Below are positions 26,361 through 35,521 of a stretch of DNA of 38,718 bases, piece by piece. Origin of the DNA: Candidatus Thorarchaeota archaeon. Lineage in GTDB: Archaea > Asgardarchaeota > Thorarchaeia > Thorarchaeales > Thorarchaeaceae. The stretch covers positions 1-38,718 of the forward strand of contig PRDI01000123.1 in the NCBI GenBank assembly GCA_003345595.1, given 5' to 3'. The translations under genes and the position numbers were made by a program. The stretch's first letter is position 1, and each line of letters begins with the position of its first letter. The notes beneath the pieces were generated by a model. The model was not told the origin of the DNA. It made no database searches and worked only from the letters and a program-made list of their open reading frames with translations.

Positions 26361-27590
26361 ATGACACATGATCTCGTGATTGCTGGAGCTGGCCCTGCAG
26401 GACTGATGACAGCTCAGAAAGCGTCACAGCATGGGTTGAAAGTGCTCCTGTTAGAGAGGCATCAGACCCTGACCGACTCACTGATGGGGGAACTGGTCAC
26501 CCAGAAGGCTCTGAGCTTGTTGAACGTGCCAGATACTTCAGAGTGTGTTGTAAACCGCTTCAAGTCGATCGTTGGTGAGAGCCTTGACACCGGTTCACAC
26601 ATTGCTGTCGACCGTACACTACTGGGTAACTCCTATCTGCTCGATGAGGACAGTTGCCAAGAGCTGATGAGAGACCGGGCAGTCTCAAATGGTGCTGAGC
26701 TAAAGTGCCAAGCGAAGGTCGACTCGGTCATAAAGGAAGGGGAGCAGGTTGTTGGCGTCAAATACAATGGGAATCAAGAATCAAGGGCGAGTCTGACTGT
26801 CGGAGCCGACGGGTCGTTCAGTAAGGTCTCGTCAAGCGCAGGCTTCGCCCATCCTAGGTGGCTGCTCAGTTATGGGTATCGCTTCAAATTGGAGGGCTGC
26901 AGGATTGAAGATCCTCACACTGCCTATTTCTATGTAGGACGCGACGTCGGCCTAGGTTACCTTTGGTTATATCCCCGCAGTGAGTCGGAAACGAACCTAG
27001 GGATAGGTAGGGTGCCGTCATCAAGATTGAGCTGGGAAAGACTTCCTCCAATGAAGGATGTTCTCATGAAGTACATGAGGAAGCACGAGGAAACCAAGAA
27101 CGCCAGGATAGCCAATGTGAATGGAGGCGTCGTGCCATGCACTGGCCTGATTCCTTCATTCACCGGTGCGGGTGTCGCGCTCTGTGGAAACGCCGCTGGT
27201 CAGGTGTCATCAATTGTGGGTGGTGGTGTCACAACCTGTCTTCATGCCGGGACGCTACTCGCCAAACACGCGAAACGTATGGTCGAAGAGAATGACTATT
27301 CCAGAGAGAGTACGTTACTCTATGAGAAGGAGTACAGAAAGTCAAGGCTGGCAAGGAGCATCATGAACACAGGGAATGGCATGTATGCGGTTTCCAAATA
27401 TGCCATGCTGAATGACCCAGTCGCAGCCGCAGAAACAGTCCTTAGTCAGCTTGACGCTAGCACCCTGAACGATGTGATTCAGGGGCGTCTGAAGGCGGGC
27501 ACCATACTGTCCCTTATGACCGACTTCCTGCCGCTCGTGGTTAGGATTGGCGCGGGATATGTGAAGAGTGTAGCTATCACCGGAGTCTAG
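26361..27590 (+). CDS. Geranylgeranyl reductase family FAD-dependent oxidoreductase (DGGGPL-reductase-like)
   Basis: GAGPAG Rossmann motif, VGADG, GYLWLYP (YxWxFP-like), GGVVP and GNAAGQV...GGGV (the usual GDAAG has D->N). Confidence 0.85.
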   Translation: MTHDLVIAGAGPAGLMTAQKASQHGLKVLLLERHQTLTDSLMGELVTQKALSLLNVPDTSECVVNRFKSIVGESLDTGSHIAVDRTLLGNSYLLDEDSCQELMRDRAVSNGAELKCQAKVDSVIKEGEQVVGVKYNGNQESRASLTVGADGSFSKVSSSAGFAHPRWLLSYGYRFKLEGCRIEDPHTAYFYVGRDVGLGYLWLYPRSESETNLGIGRVPSSRLSWERLPPMKDVLMKYMRKHEETKNARIANVNGGVVPCTGLIPSFTGAGVALCGNAAGQVSSIVGGGVTTCLHAGTLLAKHAKRMVEENDYSRESTLLYEKEYRKSRLARSIMNTGNGMYAVSKYAMLNDPVAAAETVLSQLDASTLNDVIQGRLKAGTILSLMTDFLPLVVRIGAGYVKSVAITGV

Positions 27591-27593
27591 AAG

Positions 27594-27613
27594 GGACTCC
27601 ATTTCTGGAGTCC
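27594..27613 (+). terminator. Stem-loop immediately after the GGR-like stop codon
   Basis: GGACTCCA-TTTC-TGGAGTCC. Confidence 0.4.
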
Positions 27614-27722
27614 TCAGCAACGCAATCGGGTCCGCCCCCCTTACCCACTTCGTATATGCCCCGTCAGCCGTCTTCATGGCCATCCAATCGGAAAGAAGAC
27701 CATCTGTCATTAGAAGACAAGC

Positions 27723-27743
27723 GATATAAAGTCGAACTTTGTA
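27723..27743 (+). promoter_or_regulatory. TATA-like box overlapped by an inverted repeat, upstream of the four-paralogue operon
   Basis: GATATAAA at 27723-27730; imperfect palindrome TATAAAGT-CGA-ACTTTGTA at 27725-27743. Confidence 0.4.
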
Positions 27744-27790
27744 AACTAGCCCGAAGCTACTAAAGATACGTTTTCGTTGTTCAGACGCTG

Positions 27791-28858
27791 GTGCTCACTG
27801 AATTGCCGGAGCTTCCATCCATGTCGTCACGAGAAAGGCTTGAGAAATCACTAGGTATGTTGGGTTTTGCTCATGACCTACGAGCCCTCAGCGTCCTGCG
27901 TGCCGTACTAAACGTACAGTCATCGCTTCAGCGCCCCGTTGATGTGCTTGAGATCTATGACGCCCTCTTGCGGGCGGAACCTGGCGTAGATCTTACTCGA
28001 ACAGGGGTAAGAAAGGTCTTGGAGGCACTTGTCAATATGCGGATGGTGATGGTCGACAGTGATAGAGCACGCAGGAAGAAGTACAGCGCGGACGCAAACA
28101 CCATTGTGACAGGACTGGAGGATCTCAAGCACCAAACTCTGACAAGATTGGAAGCGCGACGAAGATTTCTCCGGGAGGAATTGTCGCTCCTGTCTTCCGT
28201 TGACTTTAGTCACATGGCAGCGAGCCTCACGCGCAGAACAAAGAACAACAAGGAGCAGCCTCGATCGAGGCTTCTGAGGGGACCTGAGGCATATAGAGAA
28301 GCCACTAGGAGCGAGATATTCGGCAAGGCAACGGCTGGAAGCATCATAAGAGTTACCAGACTCTGGCTCGGCCCGTTCATGAGCACAGTCCTAGAGGCGT
28401 TTAACGATTTGCTGAGGGCCGTCGAGAAGGGGGCAGAACTCCAGTTTTGCGTGACTCCCGACATCCTCACACAGAGCGATCTTCTTGCCACCGGTTTGCC
28501 AGAGGATAATCTGATGGAATCTTTTGCCAGAGTGGCGAGATTGAGGAAGGAGGGAGCAAAGATTGACACGAGGATCTGTGGACCTAACGCGAGAACTTAC
28601 CACTTCTCTAGCTTGAATGACGAGAGTATGGTCATCTTGCTCTCTGAGGACCCGCTGGCAGCGACATGGGTGAGTCGCAGCTTCAATCCCGACCTCGTCA
28701 AGAGTGCTATCGCGTCATTCGACCTCATATGGGAACAGTCAGTTTCTCTCTTCGACTCTCCTCAACGCCTGATCGATATGTTCCCCGGGAGTAAGTCGGG
28801 GTATCTCATTTCCACCCTGGTCAGGAGTCGAGAAAGAATGGAAGGTAAGAGGGTGTGA
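27791..28858 (+). CDS. TrmB-like protein 1 (wHTH, coiled coil, PLD-fold-like domain)
   Basis: wHTH (EIYDAL...VRKVLEALVNMRMVMVD..KKYSA), heptad helix, and C-terminal TYH..LN...VILLSE.P..ATW....FNP..V..A...FD..W. Confidence 0.7.
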   Translation: MLTELPELPSMSSRERLEKSLGMLGFAHDLRALSVLRAVLNVQSSLQRPVDVLEIYDALLRAEPGVDLTRTGVRKVLEALVNMRMVMVDSDRARRKKYSADANTIVTGLEDLKHQTLTRLEARRRFLREELSLLSSVDFSHMAASLTRRTKNNKEQPRSRLLRGPEAYREATRSEIFGKATAGSIIRVTRLWLGPFMSTVLEAFNDLLRAVEKGAELQFCVTPDILTQSDLLATGLPEDNLMESFARVARLRKEGAKIDTRICGPNARTYHFSSLNDESMVILLSEDPLAATWVSRSFNPDLVKSAIASFDLIWEQSVSLFDSPQRLIDMFPGSKSGYLISTLVRSRERMEGKRV

Positions 28859-29814
28859 TCTTGGTCGATGAGTCTGTGACCCGTGCTCTGAAGGCTCTAG
28901 GGTTGATTCTGAGAACAGACAGGGACTCTCGCACACTGAAACTGGTCAAGGCCGTGCTGGAAAGACAAAAGGAGCAAGGCGACTCCTTGAGCATCGATGA
29001 AATCCAAGACGAGTTGAGAAGAGAAGAGCCGGGGGCAGTAATCTCTAAGTCGTCCACGGGGAAAGCACTGAGGTCGGCTGTTGAGGTTGGATTTGTAAGG
29101 GCGACAGGACACGGCCCTCAGAGAATACGCTACTCTTCGGACCCTTCGGCTGTAGAAACCGGACTACATAGGACCGCCGAATCTGCCAGGCGAAGAATGC
29201 AGCAGGAAACTCGTGTTATCTCCTCTGAGTCGGATGCCGTCGCGAGCTTGGACTGTGCAGCTCTGGCACAGGACCTCGTGCTGGAGTTCACGGGCAGCAA
29301 ACAGAGAACAAGCTCCCGACTGGTGACTGGTGCAGAAGACATCCGGAGAGCAGTCGCATACAACATGAAGGACATGGCACGCGAAGGGAGTGTCATCAGG
29401 GTCACAGCCATGTCACCATCTCCGTTCATCAATCAAAACGGAGAGGTGGTTCTAGAGATTGCACACGCAGTGCTGAGGGGCGCTAACGTCCGATGTCTCG
29501 TAACCTCCAAGATTGTCGAGAGCCTGTTTCAGTCTAGCGGACCGACGGACAGTCGCGGAGATGCGTTCGGTTCCCCGGAAGCCCCTAGCGTAGCAATCAG
29601 AATCTACGACGGACCCATGACGTACCATCACGTAACACTGAACAATGAGTGCATGGCGCTGATCGTGTCAGAGAAGCCACTGACGGCGGCATGGATAACC
29701 AGACAGTTCAATCCCGATATCATTGATGCATCAGTCCTGAGCTTCGATGAATTGTGGACAGGGGCTAGGTCGATGGACGTGTCCCGCCCAGAGGAGGCAT
29801 CGGGTAACCCGTGA
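28855..29814 (+). CDS. TrmB-like protein 2
   Basis: Same architecture (TYHHVTLNNECMALIVSEKPLTAAWITRQFNPDII...FDELW). GTGA overlap with the previous gene. Confidence 0.7.
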   Translation: MILVDESVTRALKALGLILRTDRDSRTLKLVKAVLERQKEQGDSLSIDEIQDELRREEPGAVISKSSTGKALRSAVEVGFVRATGHGPQRIRYSSDPSAVETGLHRTAESARRRMQQETRVISSESDAVASLDCAALAQDLVLEFTGSKQRTSSRLVTGAEDIRRAVAYNMKDMAREGSVIRVTAMSPSPFINQNGEVVLEIAHAVLRGANVRCLVTSKIVESLFQSSGPTDSRGDAFGSPEAPSVAIRIYDGPMTYHHVTLNNECMALIVSEKPLTAAWITRQFNPDIIDASVLSFDELWTGARSMDVSRPEEASGNP

Positions 29815-30863
29815 CAGTCCGTGATTCACCCCTTCCTCGAAAACCACACGGAAGGAGTAACCCCGACAAGGAGGAACGGGCTAGGTCGGACCTCAAGACC
29901 AAGGAAATGCTAGATGCCCTCAGACTAATCGGCTACGATATCAACACAGTCGATAGACGATTCGAAGTCCTCAGAATCATCCTCCGGAACCAGCATGAAC
30001 AGGGGGTTTCAGTTCCATTCAAGGACATAGAGAGTCAGTTACAGGCAGAAGCCAATCACAAGAGTATCGTTCGGCCTCAAATATACCGATGGCTAGCATC
30101 TCTTGAGAAGGATGGATGCTTGACTGTCGACAGGTTCTCCAAGCCCCACCGCTACTCTGTCACTGCCGAAACCTTGGCAGCAGCTCTTGGCGAAGCTAGA
30201 ACAAGAGCGCTGACGTCGCTCGAACGGGATAAGATGAGGCTCTTTTCAGACATCCAGAGGCTATATGCCGCCCACGACATGGACAACCAAGAGTCTGAAG
30301 CTCCAGACTTCTCTCGTCTTGCCGGCGATGCAATTGAACTGATCACCGGAGTCCTCCAGAGGACTGCGGCCAGGTTCGCTGAAGGGATGGAACAGATAAC
30401 CAGACTGATTGATGGCGAGATATACTCGACAGTCAGAAAGGGGGACGTGCTACGACTCTCGACGAGCCAGAGGGGTATCGACTTGGCAAGCGCAGAACAG
30501 CATGCGAAAGCTGTGAGCAGGCTTGCTAGAAAGGGGGCCATCCTGAGAGTGTTGCTGAGTAGGGACTTCGACACGAACGACACGATTGGTCGCGTGATTG
30601 TTGACACCTACAAATCACTGATTCATGACAGACTCGATGTTTCACTAAGGAAACGTACACGTGCTGGGGAAACGTACCAGATGGTTGCAAGAAACAGTGA
30701 CAGAGTCGTACTCATGATATCAGATCAGCCATTCGCAGCCACCTTCATCCCGAGAATCATCAATCAGGAACTAGTGAACGATGCCATTGCGAGCTTCGAT
30801 GCGGAATTCGCGATAGCTAACGATGCCGCGGCCGAAACATCCGACTGGAGGACCAAATCATGA
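29811..30863 (+). CDS. TrmB-like protein 3
   Basis: wHTH IYRWLASLEKDGCLTVD...RYSV; C-terminal TYQMVARNSDRVVLMISDQPFAATFI...FD. GTGA overlap. Confidence 0.7.
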   Translation: MTVRDSPLPRKPHGRSNPDKEERARSDLKTKEMLDALRLIGYDINTVDRRFEVLRIILRNQHEQGVSVPFKDIESQLQAEANHKSIVRPQIYRWLASLEKDGCLTVDRFSKPHRYSVTAETLAAALGEARTRALTSLERDKMRLFSDIQRLYAAHDMDNQESEAPDFSRLAGDAIELITGVLQRTAARFAEGMEQITRLIDGEIYSTVRKGDVLRLSTSQRGIDLASAEQHAKAVSRLARKGAILRVLLSRDFDTNDTIGRVIVDTYKSLIHDRLDVSLRKRTRAGETYQMVARNSDRVVLMISDQPFAATFIPRIINQELVNDAIASFDAEFAIANDAAAETSDWRTKS

Positions 30864-31819
30864 GCAAAGCTGCTGCAGCTCTCGATTTGATTGGCATTCA
30901 CCTCGATTCCAGCGAGATGAAGGTTCTTCGATACTTGTTCAAAGCTTCACGAGGGCCACAGAGAGTGACTTTCAGTGCCGTCTATGACCAAATCAAGAAG
31001 ACAAAGGCTGTGCCTCCAACCAAAGTCTGGGTATATGAATGCCTGAGAAAGTTGGAAACAGCCGGCTTCATATCTGTCGACAAGTTGTCACGGCCCAGTT
31101 CCTACGTTGTCAGCAACGAGACAATCGCGAATGGTCTGGAGCGCGCTTGGAGAAACAGATTGGATTCGATAGAGAGTGAAATCGAACTACTGACTCGGGC
31201 AACTGCAGAGGACTTGGCCGCCTTCTTGTATAAGTCCGCAACTGGTAGCCCAACGCAACAGAACACGAACCTAGCCAGAGGAGTCGAGAATGTCAGAAGG
31301 CTCATCAGATCCGAGCTGCTAGACAGGAAACAGTGGAAAGCGGGTGACGAACTTAAGCTCATTCACAGACTAGACAACCTAATTGGCGCGAAGGGTACTA
31401 GTGGTCCTGTAGACAAGGAGATAGTTGCAGCTGCCATGGACGGCCTCAATGTGCGCGTAGTGTTCATAGCGTCAGATATCCCAATTAACGGTCTTGGCGT
31501 TGTTGCTACATTCATGCGCGACGAAGTCAGTCAGCTTGCGAGTTTGCTGAGCAGTGGGCGTCTACAGTTCAGACTGTATCCTGAAGATATAGCGACATAC
31601 AGAATCGTCGCCCTAAACAGAAGTAAACTTGTCATGCTACTGACCAATGCATTCAGGCCCGACACAGCTGTACTACTAGACCGGACTGAGCAACCGATTG
31701 TGGTTGAGCATGCGATGCAGAGGTTTGACACACTCTGGGACCAGTCGATTGACGCCAGAGCACTCATGGCGACCCTGTTTGCCAAGTCAGTAGATCCCAA
31801 TCCAGACACTACTGCCTAG
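30860..31819 (+). CDS. TrmB-like protein 4
   Basis: TrmB-like start (LDSSEMKVLRYL), wHTH VYECLRKLETAGFISVD..RPSSYVV, and C-terminal TYRIVALNRSKLVMLL...FDTLWDQS. ATGA overlap. Confidence 0.72.
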   Translation: MSKAAAALDLIGIHLDSSEMKVLRYLFKASRGPQRVTFSAVYDQIKKTKAVPPTKVWVYECLRKLETAGFISVDKLSRPSSYVVSNETIANGLERAWRNRLDSIESEIELLTRATAEDLAAFLYKSATGSPTQQNTNLARGVENVRRLIRSELLDRKQWKAGDELKLIHRLDNLIGAKGTSGPVDKEIVAAAMDGLNVRVVFIASDIPINGLGVVATFMRDEVSQLASLLSSGRLQFRLYPEDIATYRIVALNRSKLVMLLTNAFRPDTAVLLDRTEQPIVVEHAMQRFDTLWDQSIDARALMATLFAKSVDPNPDTTA

Positions 31820-31827
31820 TTCCATTC

Positions 31828-32910
31828 TCAAGCAGATTCCTGACCAAGCGTAATGACCCATTCCTTGCTCTTCGAGAGTGTCGAGAATACGTCATCGCAC
31901 ACGGCTTGGAAGTCGTGGTACGGGCCATATTCACCGCCTGCCGCATATGCGTGTCCGCCACCCTTGAAAAGCGCCGCCGCAGCGTTGCACAAGACGTTTT
32001 CCCGGCCGCGCCGGAATCCCAGCATCCCACCAGGACTCAAAGTTACAAAGAGATCGGCCACCGGCAGTTGCTGGTCGCCGATTGTGAGGTTTCTCGTATC
32101 AGCGACAAATGTGCCCATGTCAGTGGTTGTAACCCCATTCGGCATCTCAACCATCCGGACCAGACGACCGTGAATCTCTAAGTCGGAATGTGCGGCTAGC
32201 GCCTTTCGCATCTTCTTGAGCCGCTCCTTCCGATAGCTGTCTACTCTCTGATTGAGCAAGACATCACGGAACCTCCTGCCACTCTCGTCCCAGACCCCTG
32301 TCATTCCTGACTCTGCTAGGCTCCTGAGGAGAGGCATCAGAGCCGCTGTCAGGTCATCTCCCTTGTCGAGTGCAGCGAATCTTGTCAAGGACAACGCGTC
32401 AGTGAGCGCGCTTGCCGACTCTATCTCTCTGATGTTGAAATCGGTGTCATGTGCAATCTTGGCCATCTCTGCGCACACTTCATCACGGGGAAGTAACACC
32501 TTGAATGCTATCTCAGCTCCACAGTACTCGTGATTGATCCGCAGTACCGGGCTGTTGGCCAATGATAGCACGGACTTTACTGCCCTGTCGGGCCATTCAT
32601 GATGATCAAGCCATACCACCCTGCAGCCTTGGGCTGTGGCCCTCTTTAGCGAACTGATGACTGTGTCAAGGGAGTTCTCATCAAGGCCAAGGTCCGTGAC
32701 CACGATGAGGGTGTTCCTGAAGCCACCTACCTTTGGGAAGACAGCCTCGAATGAACCGTAGTCAGTAAGAACCACGCTATGTCTGAGACCCTTGGACTTC
32801 GCATATCGCCAAACGATAGCCGCAGAGATGAAGCCATCCGCGTCCTTCTCGTGAGAAACCGAATACAGAGAAGTGATCTTGGTGCTTCGCGTTTCAGTTG
32901 GTTCGGTCAT
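31828..32910 (-). CDS. DHH/DHHA1-family phosphoesterase
   Basis: H..DADG (motif I), VTDLG (II), WLDHH (III) and the DHHA1 motif GGGHAYAAG. Confidence 0.9.
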   Translation of the reverse strand: MTEPTETRSTKITSLYSVSHEKDADGFISAAIVWRYAKSKGLRHSVVLTDYGSFEAVFPKVGGFRNTLIVVTDLGLDENSLDTVISSLKRATAQGCRVVWLDHHEWPDRAVKSVLSLANSPVLRINHEYCGAEIAFKVLLPRDEVCAEMAKIAHDTDFNIREIESASALTDALSLTRFAALDKGDDLTAALMPLLRSLAESGMTGVWDESGRRFRDVLLNQRVDSYRKERLKKMRKALAAHSDLEIHGRLVRMVEMPNGVTTTDMGTFVADTRNLTIGDQQLPVADLFVTLSPGGMLGFRRGRENVLCNAAAALFKGGGHAYAAGGEYGPYHDFQAVCDDVFSTLSKSKEWVITLGQESA

Positions 32911-33026
32911 TGCGCGTCATCTTCGGCATGACATCTGTCTTTTGACACTTTTCCCAGTATTCAACACTAGTCCTTTCGAAAGTGTTTTCTCTTCACTCAG
33001 GTCCCTTCGCAGAAGAGCTGGACCAC

Positions 33027-34898
33027 ATGGTGAAATCTCAACATTCTCTGATGAGCGGTAATGAGGCGATGTCAAGAGGAGCGATAGAAGCAGGCGTTAG
33101 GTTTTGTGCCTCGTATCCGGGAACGCCTTCCACTGAGATAACAGAGAGCCTCATGCGAAGCGCTTCTGACAGAGGAATCTATGTTGAGTGGAGCACCAAT
33201 GAGAAGGTGGCTCTCGAGGCAGCTTCTGCGGCCAGCTGGGTTGGAGTCTCTGCTCTCTGCCCCATGAAGTCACTCGGTTTGAACGTTGCGGCAGACTTCC
33301 TGCTAAACCTCAACCTGTCTGGCAGTGGAAAGGGGGGCTTGGTGATCGTGGTCTGCGATGACCCGGAAGGTCACAGCTCAAGCAACGAGCAGGACTCGAG
33401 GTTCTACGCGAAAGCAGCCATGCTGCCATTGCTGGAGCCCTCCACCGGCCAAGAGGCAAAGGAGGCGATTCTCTATGCCTTCGATCTTTCCAGAAGGCAC
33501 GAAGTGCCTGTGATTGTGCGAAGCACAACGAGGCTGAGTCACTCTAGCAGTCTGGTGAATGTTGGACCATTGCCACAGGTAGCGCCGGCGACTCTGTCCT
33601 CTTTTCCCAGGGGCCTCTTCAATGTGCCTCAGCCGGCCGTGAAGCACAGAGAGCTGCTGAGCAAGATACAGCTCATAGCGGCTGAGTTCGAGAAGTCGAG
33701 CTTGAACAAGCTCAACCTAGGCCCTGACGCCAAGACCCTCTTGATATCCTCAGGCATCTGCCAGAGCTACTCCGAGGAGGCGCTGGCACTTGTCCACACC
33801 AAGAATACAGGAAGTCTAGGGCTTGTGACAACAAATCCAATTCCCACAGGACTGATTGCGAATGCCATGGCGGGAGTAGAGAGGGTGCTCTTTGTAGAGG
33901 AAACAGACCCATTCCTGGAGGATGAGATACGTTCCCAATATGTGGGCCTCTCGACGCCCGACCGGCCCCGGTTCTATGGCAAACGCACGAAAACCCTCCC
34001 GGCCTGGGGTGAAATGAGTGTGGATCATGTTGTGAAAGGTCTGTCACAGGTCACTGATCTTTCGCACGAAATGTCACTCCACGGAGGTCTAGATGCCCGC
34101 GCCAGAGGGGCCAAGCTGCTCATCTCGAGGCCTCTAACATTCTGTGCAGGATGTACTCACAGGAACGTGTACTGGGCACTGCGCCAAGAAAAGAAGAGAA
34201 GAGGCGGCCAGCTTGTCGTCGCTGGAGACATTGGCTGCTATTCGCTGGGAGTCTTCTATGACGAAACCATGAACACAATGCAGGCCATGGGCTCCGGTAT
34301 CGGTGTCGCGTGCGGACTCGGACAACTCGGTAGGTTTGGCTTCGAGTCTGCAGTCGTTGCTGTGGCAGGGGACTCAACATTTTTCCATGCCTGCTTGCCA
34401 GCTCTCGTGAATGCTCGACACAAGAATGCGAATCTTACTTTCCTGATACTTGACAATGAGACTACTGCAATGACCGGATTTCAGCCCCATCCTGGTTCTG
34501 CCGTACAAGACAAGGGCCAACGGCGCATCAGCATTCCTGATCTGGTTCGGGCAATCGGTCCGGATTACATGACAACGAGTGACTCCGTCGAGATAGGTCC
34601 ACTTATCGAACTCATTCATACCACTGTCGCAAAAGATGGACTAAGGGTCCTCATCCTGAAGGGCATATGTCGACTGGAGCAACAGCGCCGTGGTGTTTCC
34701 CACGAGGGTCTAGGCAAAGTGAGCGTGAATCCGGCTCTCTGTCGTGGTGAGAAGTGCAAGATATGCTTTAGTCAGTTCGGTTGCACTGCTATTGGCTGGC
34801 TCCCTACTGAGAAACAAGCGACAATCCTTGACGAGGTATGTGTTCGCTGCGGCTCATGCATAGGAGTGTGTCCCTACAAGGCCATTCGCCAGGAGTGA
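33027..34898 (+). CDS. iorA: Indolepyruvate:ferredoxin oxidoreductase alpha subunit
   Basis: SGNEA..RGA.EAG, SYPGTPSTEI, NEKVALE, MKSLGLNVAAD, SSSNEQDSR, FCAGCTHR, GDIGCY, TPP motif GDSTFFH...LDN.TTAMTG and a C-terminal ferredoxin. Start placed at ATG 33027. Confidence 0.95.
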   Translation: MVKSQHSLMSGNEAMSRGAIEAGVRFCASYPGTPSTEITESLMRSASDRGIYVEWSTNEKVALEAASAASWVGVSALCPMKSLGLNVAADFLLNLNLSGSGKGGLVIVVCDDPEGHSSSNEQDSRFYAKAAMLPLLEPSTGQEAKEAILYAFDLSRRHEVPVIVRSTTRLSHSSSLVNVGPLPQVAPATLSSFPRGLFNVPQPAVKHRELLSKIQLIAAEFEKSSLNKLNLGPDAKTLLISSGICQSYSEEALALVHTKNTGSLGLVTTNPIPTGLIANAMAGVERVLFVEETDPFLEDEIRSQYVGLSTPDRPRFYGKRTKTLPAWGEMSVDHVVKGLSQVTDLSHEMSLHGGLDARARGAKLLISRPLTFCAGCTHRNVYWALRQEKKRRGGQLVVAGDIGCYSLGVFYDETMNTMQAMGSGIGVACGLGQLGRFGFESAVVAVAGDSTFFHACLPALVNARHKNANLTFLILDNETTAMTGFQPHPGSAVQDKGQRRISIPDLVRAIGPDYMTTSDSVEIGPLIELIHTTVAKDGLRVLILKGICRLEQQRRGVSHEGLGKVSVNPALCRGEKCKICFSQFGCTAIGWLPTEKQATILDEVCVRCGSCIGVCPYKAIRQE

Positions 34899-35500
34899 TT
34901 TATTTGGATAGACTGTACAATGTGCTCATTGCAGGCGTAGGAGGACAGGGGAATTTACTGTGCGGAAGAGTCCTAGCAGAGGCCGCCATCTTGAAGGGAT
35001 ACAGGCCCACAATCGGTGAAACCTTTGGAGCATCACGCAGAGGAGGGACAGTGGTCACACATGTGCGCATAGGAGACCACGACTTAGGCCCCCTCATTCC
35101 TCGTGGTACGGTCGATATGTTGATTGGTCTTGAGCCAATGGAAGCACTTCGTGCGGCAGTGGACTACTGTGGAGAGCGCGCCATCGCAGTTGTGAGTACT
35201 GCCGAAGTGCAAACAATGCAGTGCATAACGGGAACGACGAAATACCCACCGTTGGCAGACATACTTGATGTCATGTCATCAATCTGTGCTAGCGTTTCCC
35301 CTATCGATCCTGTTTTAGCCCTTGGTGAGACCGAGTACAGACGCGTTTTGAACTCGTTTATGTTGGGAGCGGCACTCACCATTGGCATAGCACCTCTCAC
35401 GGCAAATGGCGTCAGAGAATCGCTGACCGGGCTCATGCAACCTGTGGGTCCCAACGTGGCTGCGTTCGATGCGGGGCTCAAAACCTCTGTCAGAGTGTGA
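34895..35500 (+). CDS. iorB: Indolepyruvate:ferredoxin oxidoreductase beta subunit
   Basis: IAGVGGQG, GETFGASRRGGTVVTHVRIG, LEPMEALR and NSFMLGA. Start is GTG 34895 (overlapping the iorA stop) or TTG 34904. Confidence 0.92.
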   Translation: MIYLDRLYNVLIAGVGGQGNLLCGRVLAEAAILKGYRPTIGETFGASRRGGTVVTHVRIGDHDLGPLIPRGTVDMLIGLEPMEALRAAVDYCGERAIAVVSTAEVQTMQCITGTTKYPPLADILDVMSSICASVSPIDPVLALGETEYRRVLNSFMLGAALTIGIAPLTANGVRESLTGLMQPVGPNVAAFDAGLKTSVRV

Positions 35501-35521
35501 GTCCGAGATCTCAGAACACGG

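Noticed and set aside
27342-27710. Minus-strand 122-aa ORF starting in the gap between the GGR-like gene and the TrmB-like operon
   Set aside because: Two-thirds of it overlaps the GGR-like gene in antisense, and it has no recognisable domain.
27791-32910. Reading the PLD-fold quartet plus DHH gene as an anti-phage nuclease or signalling system
   Set aside because: No HxK catalytic motif is visible in any paralogue, the DHH gene is convergent rather than co-operonic, and no defence-island or mobility genes are nearby.
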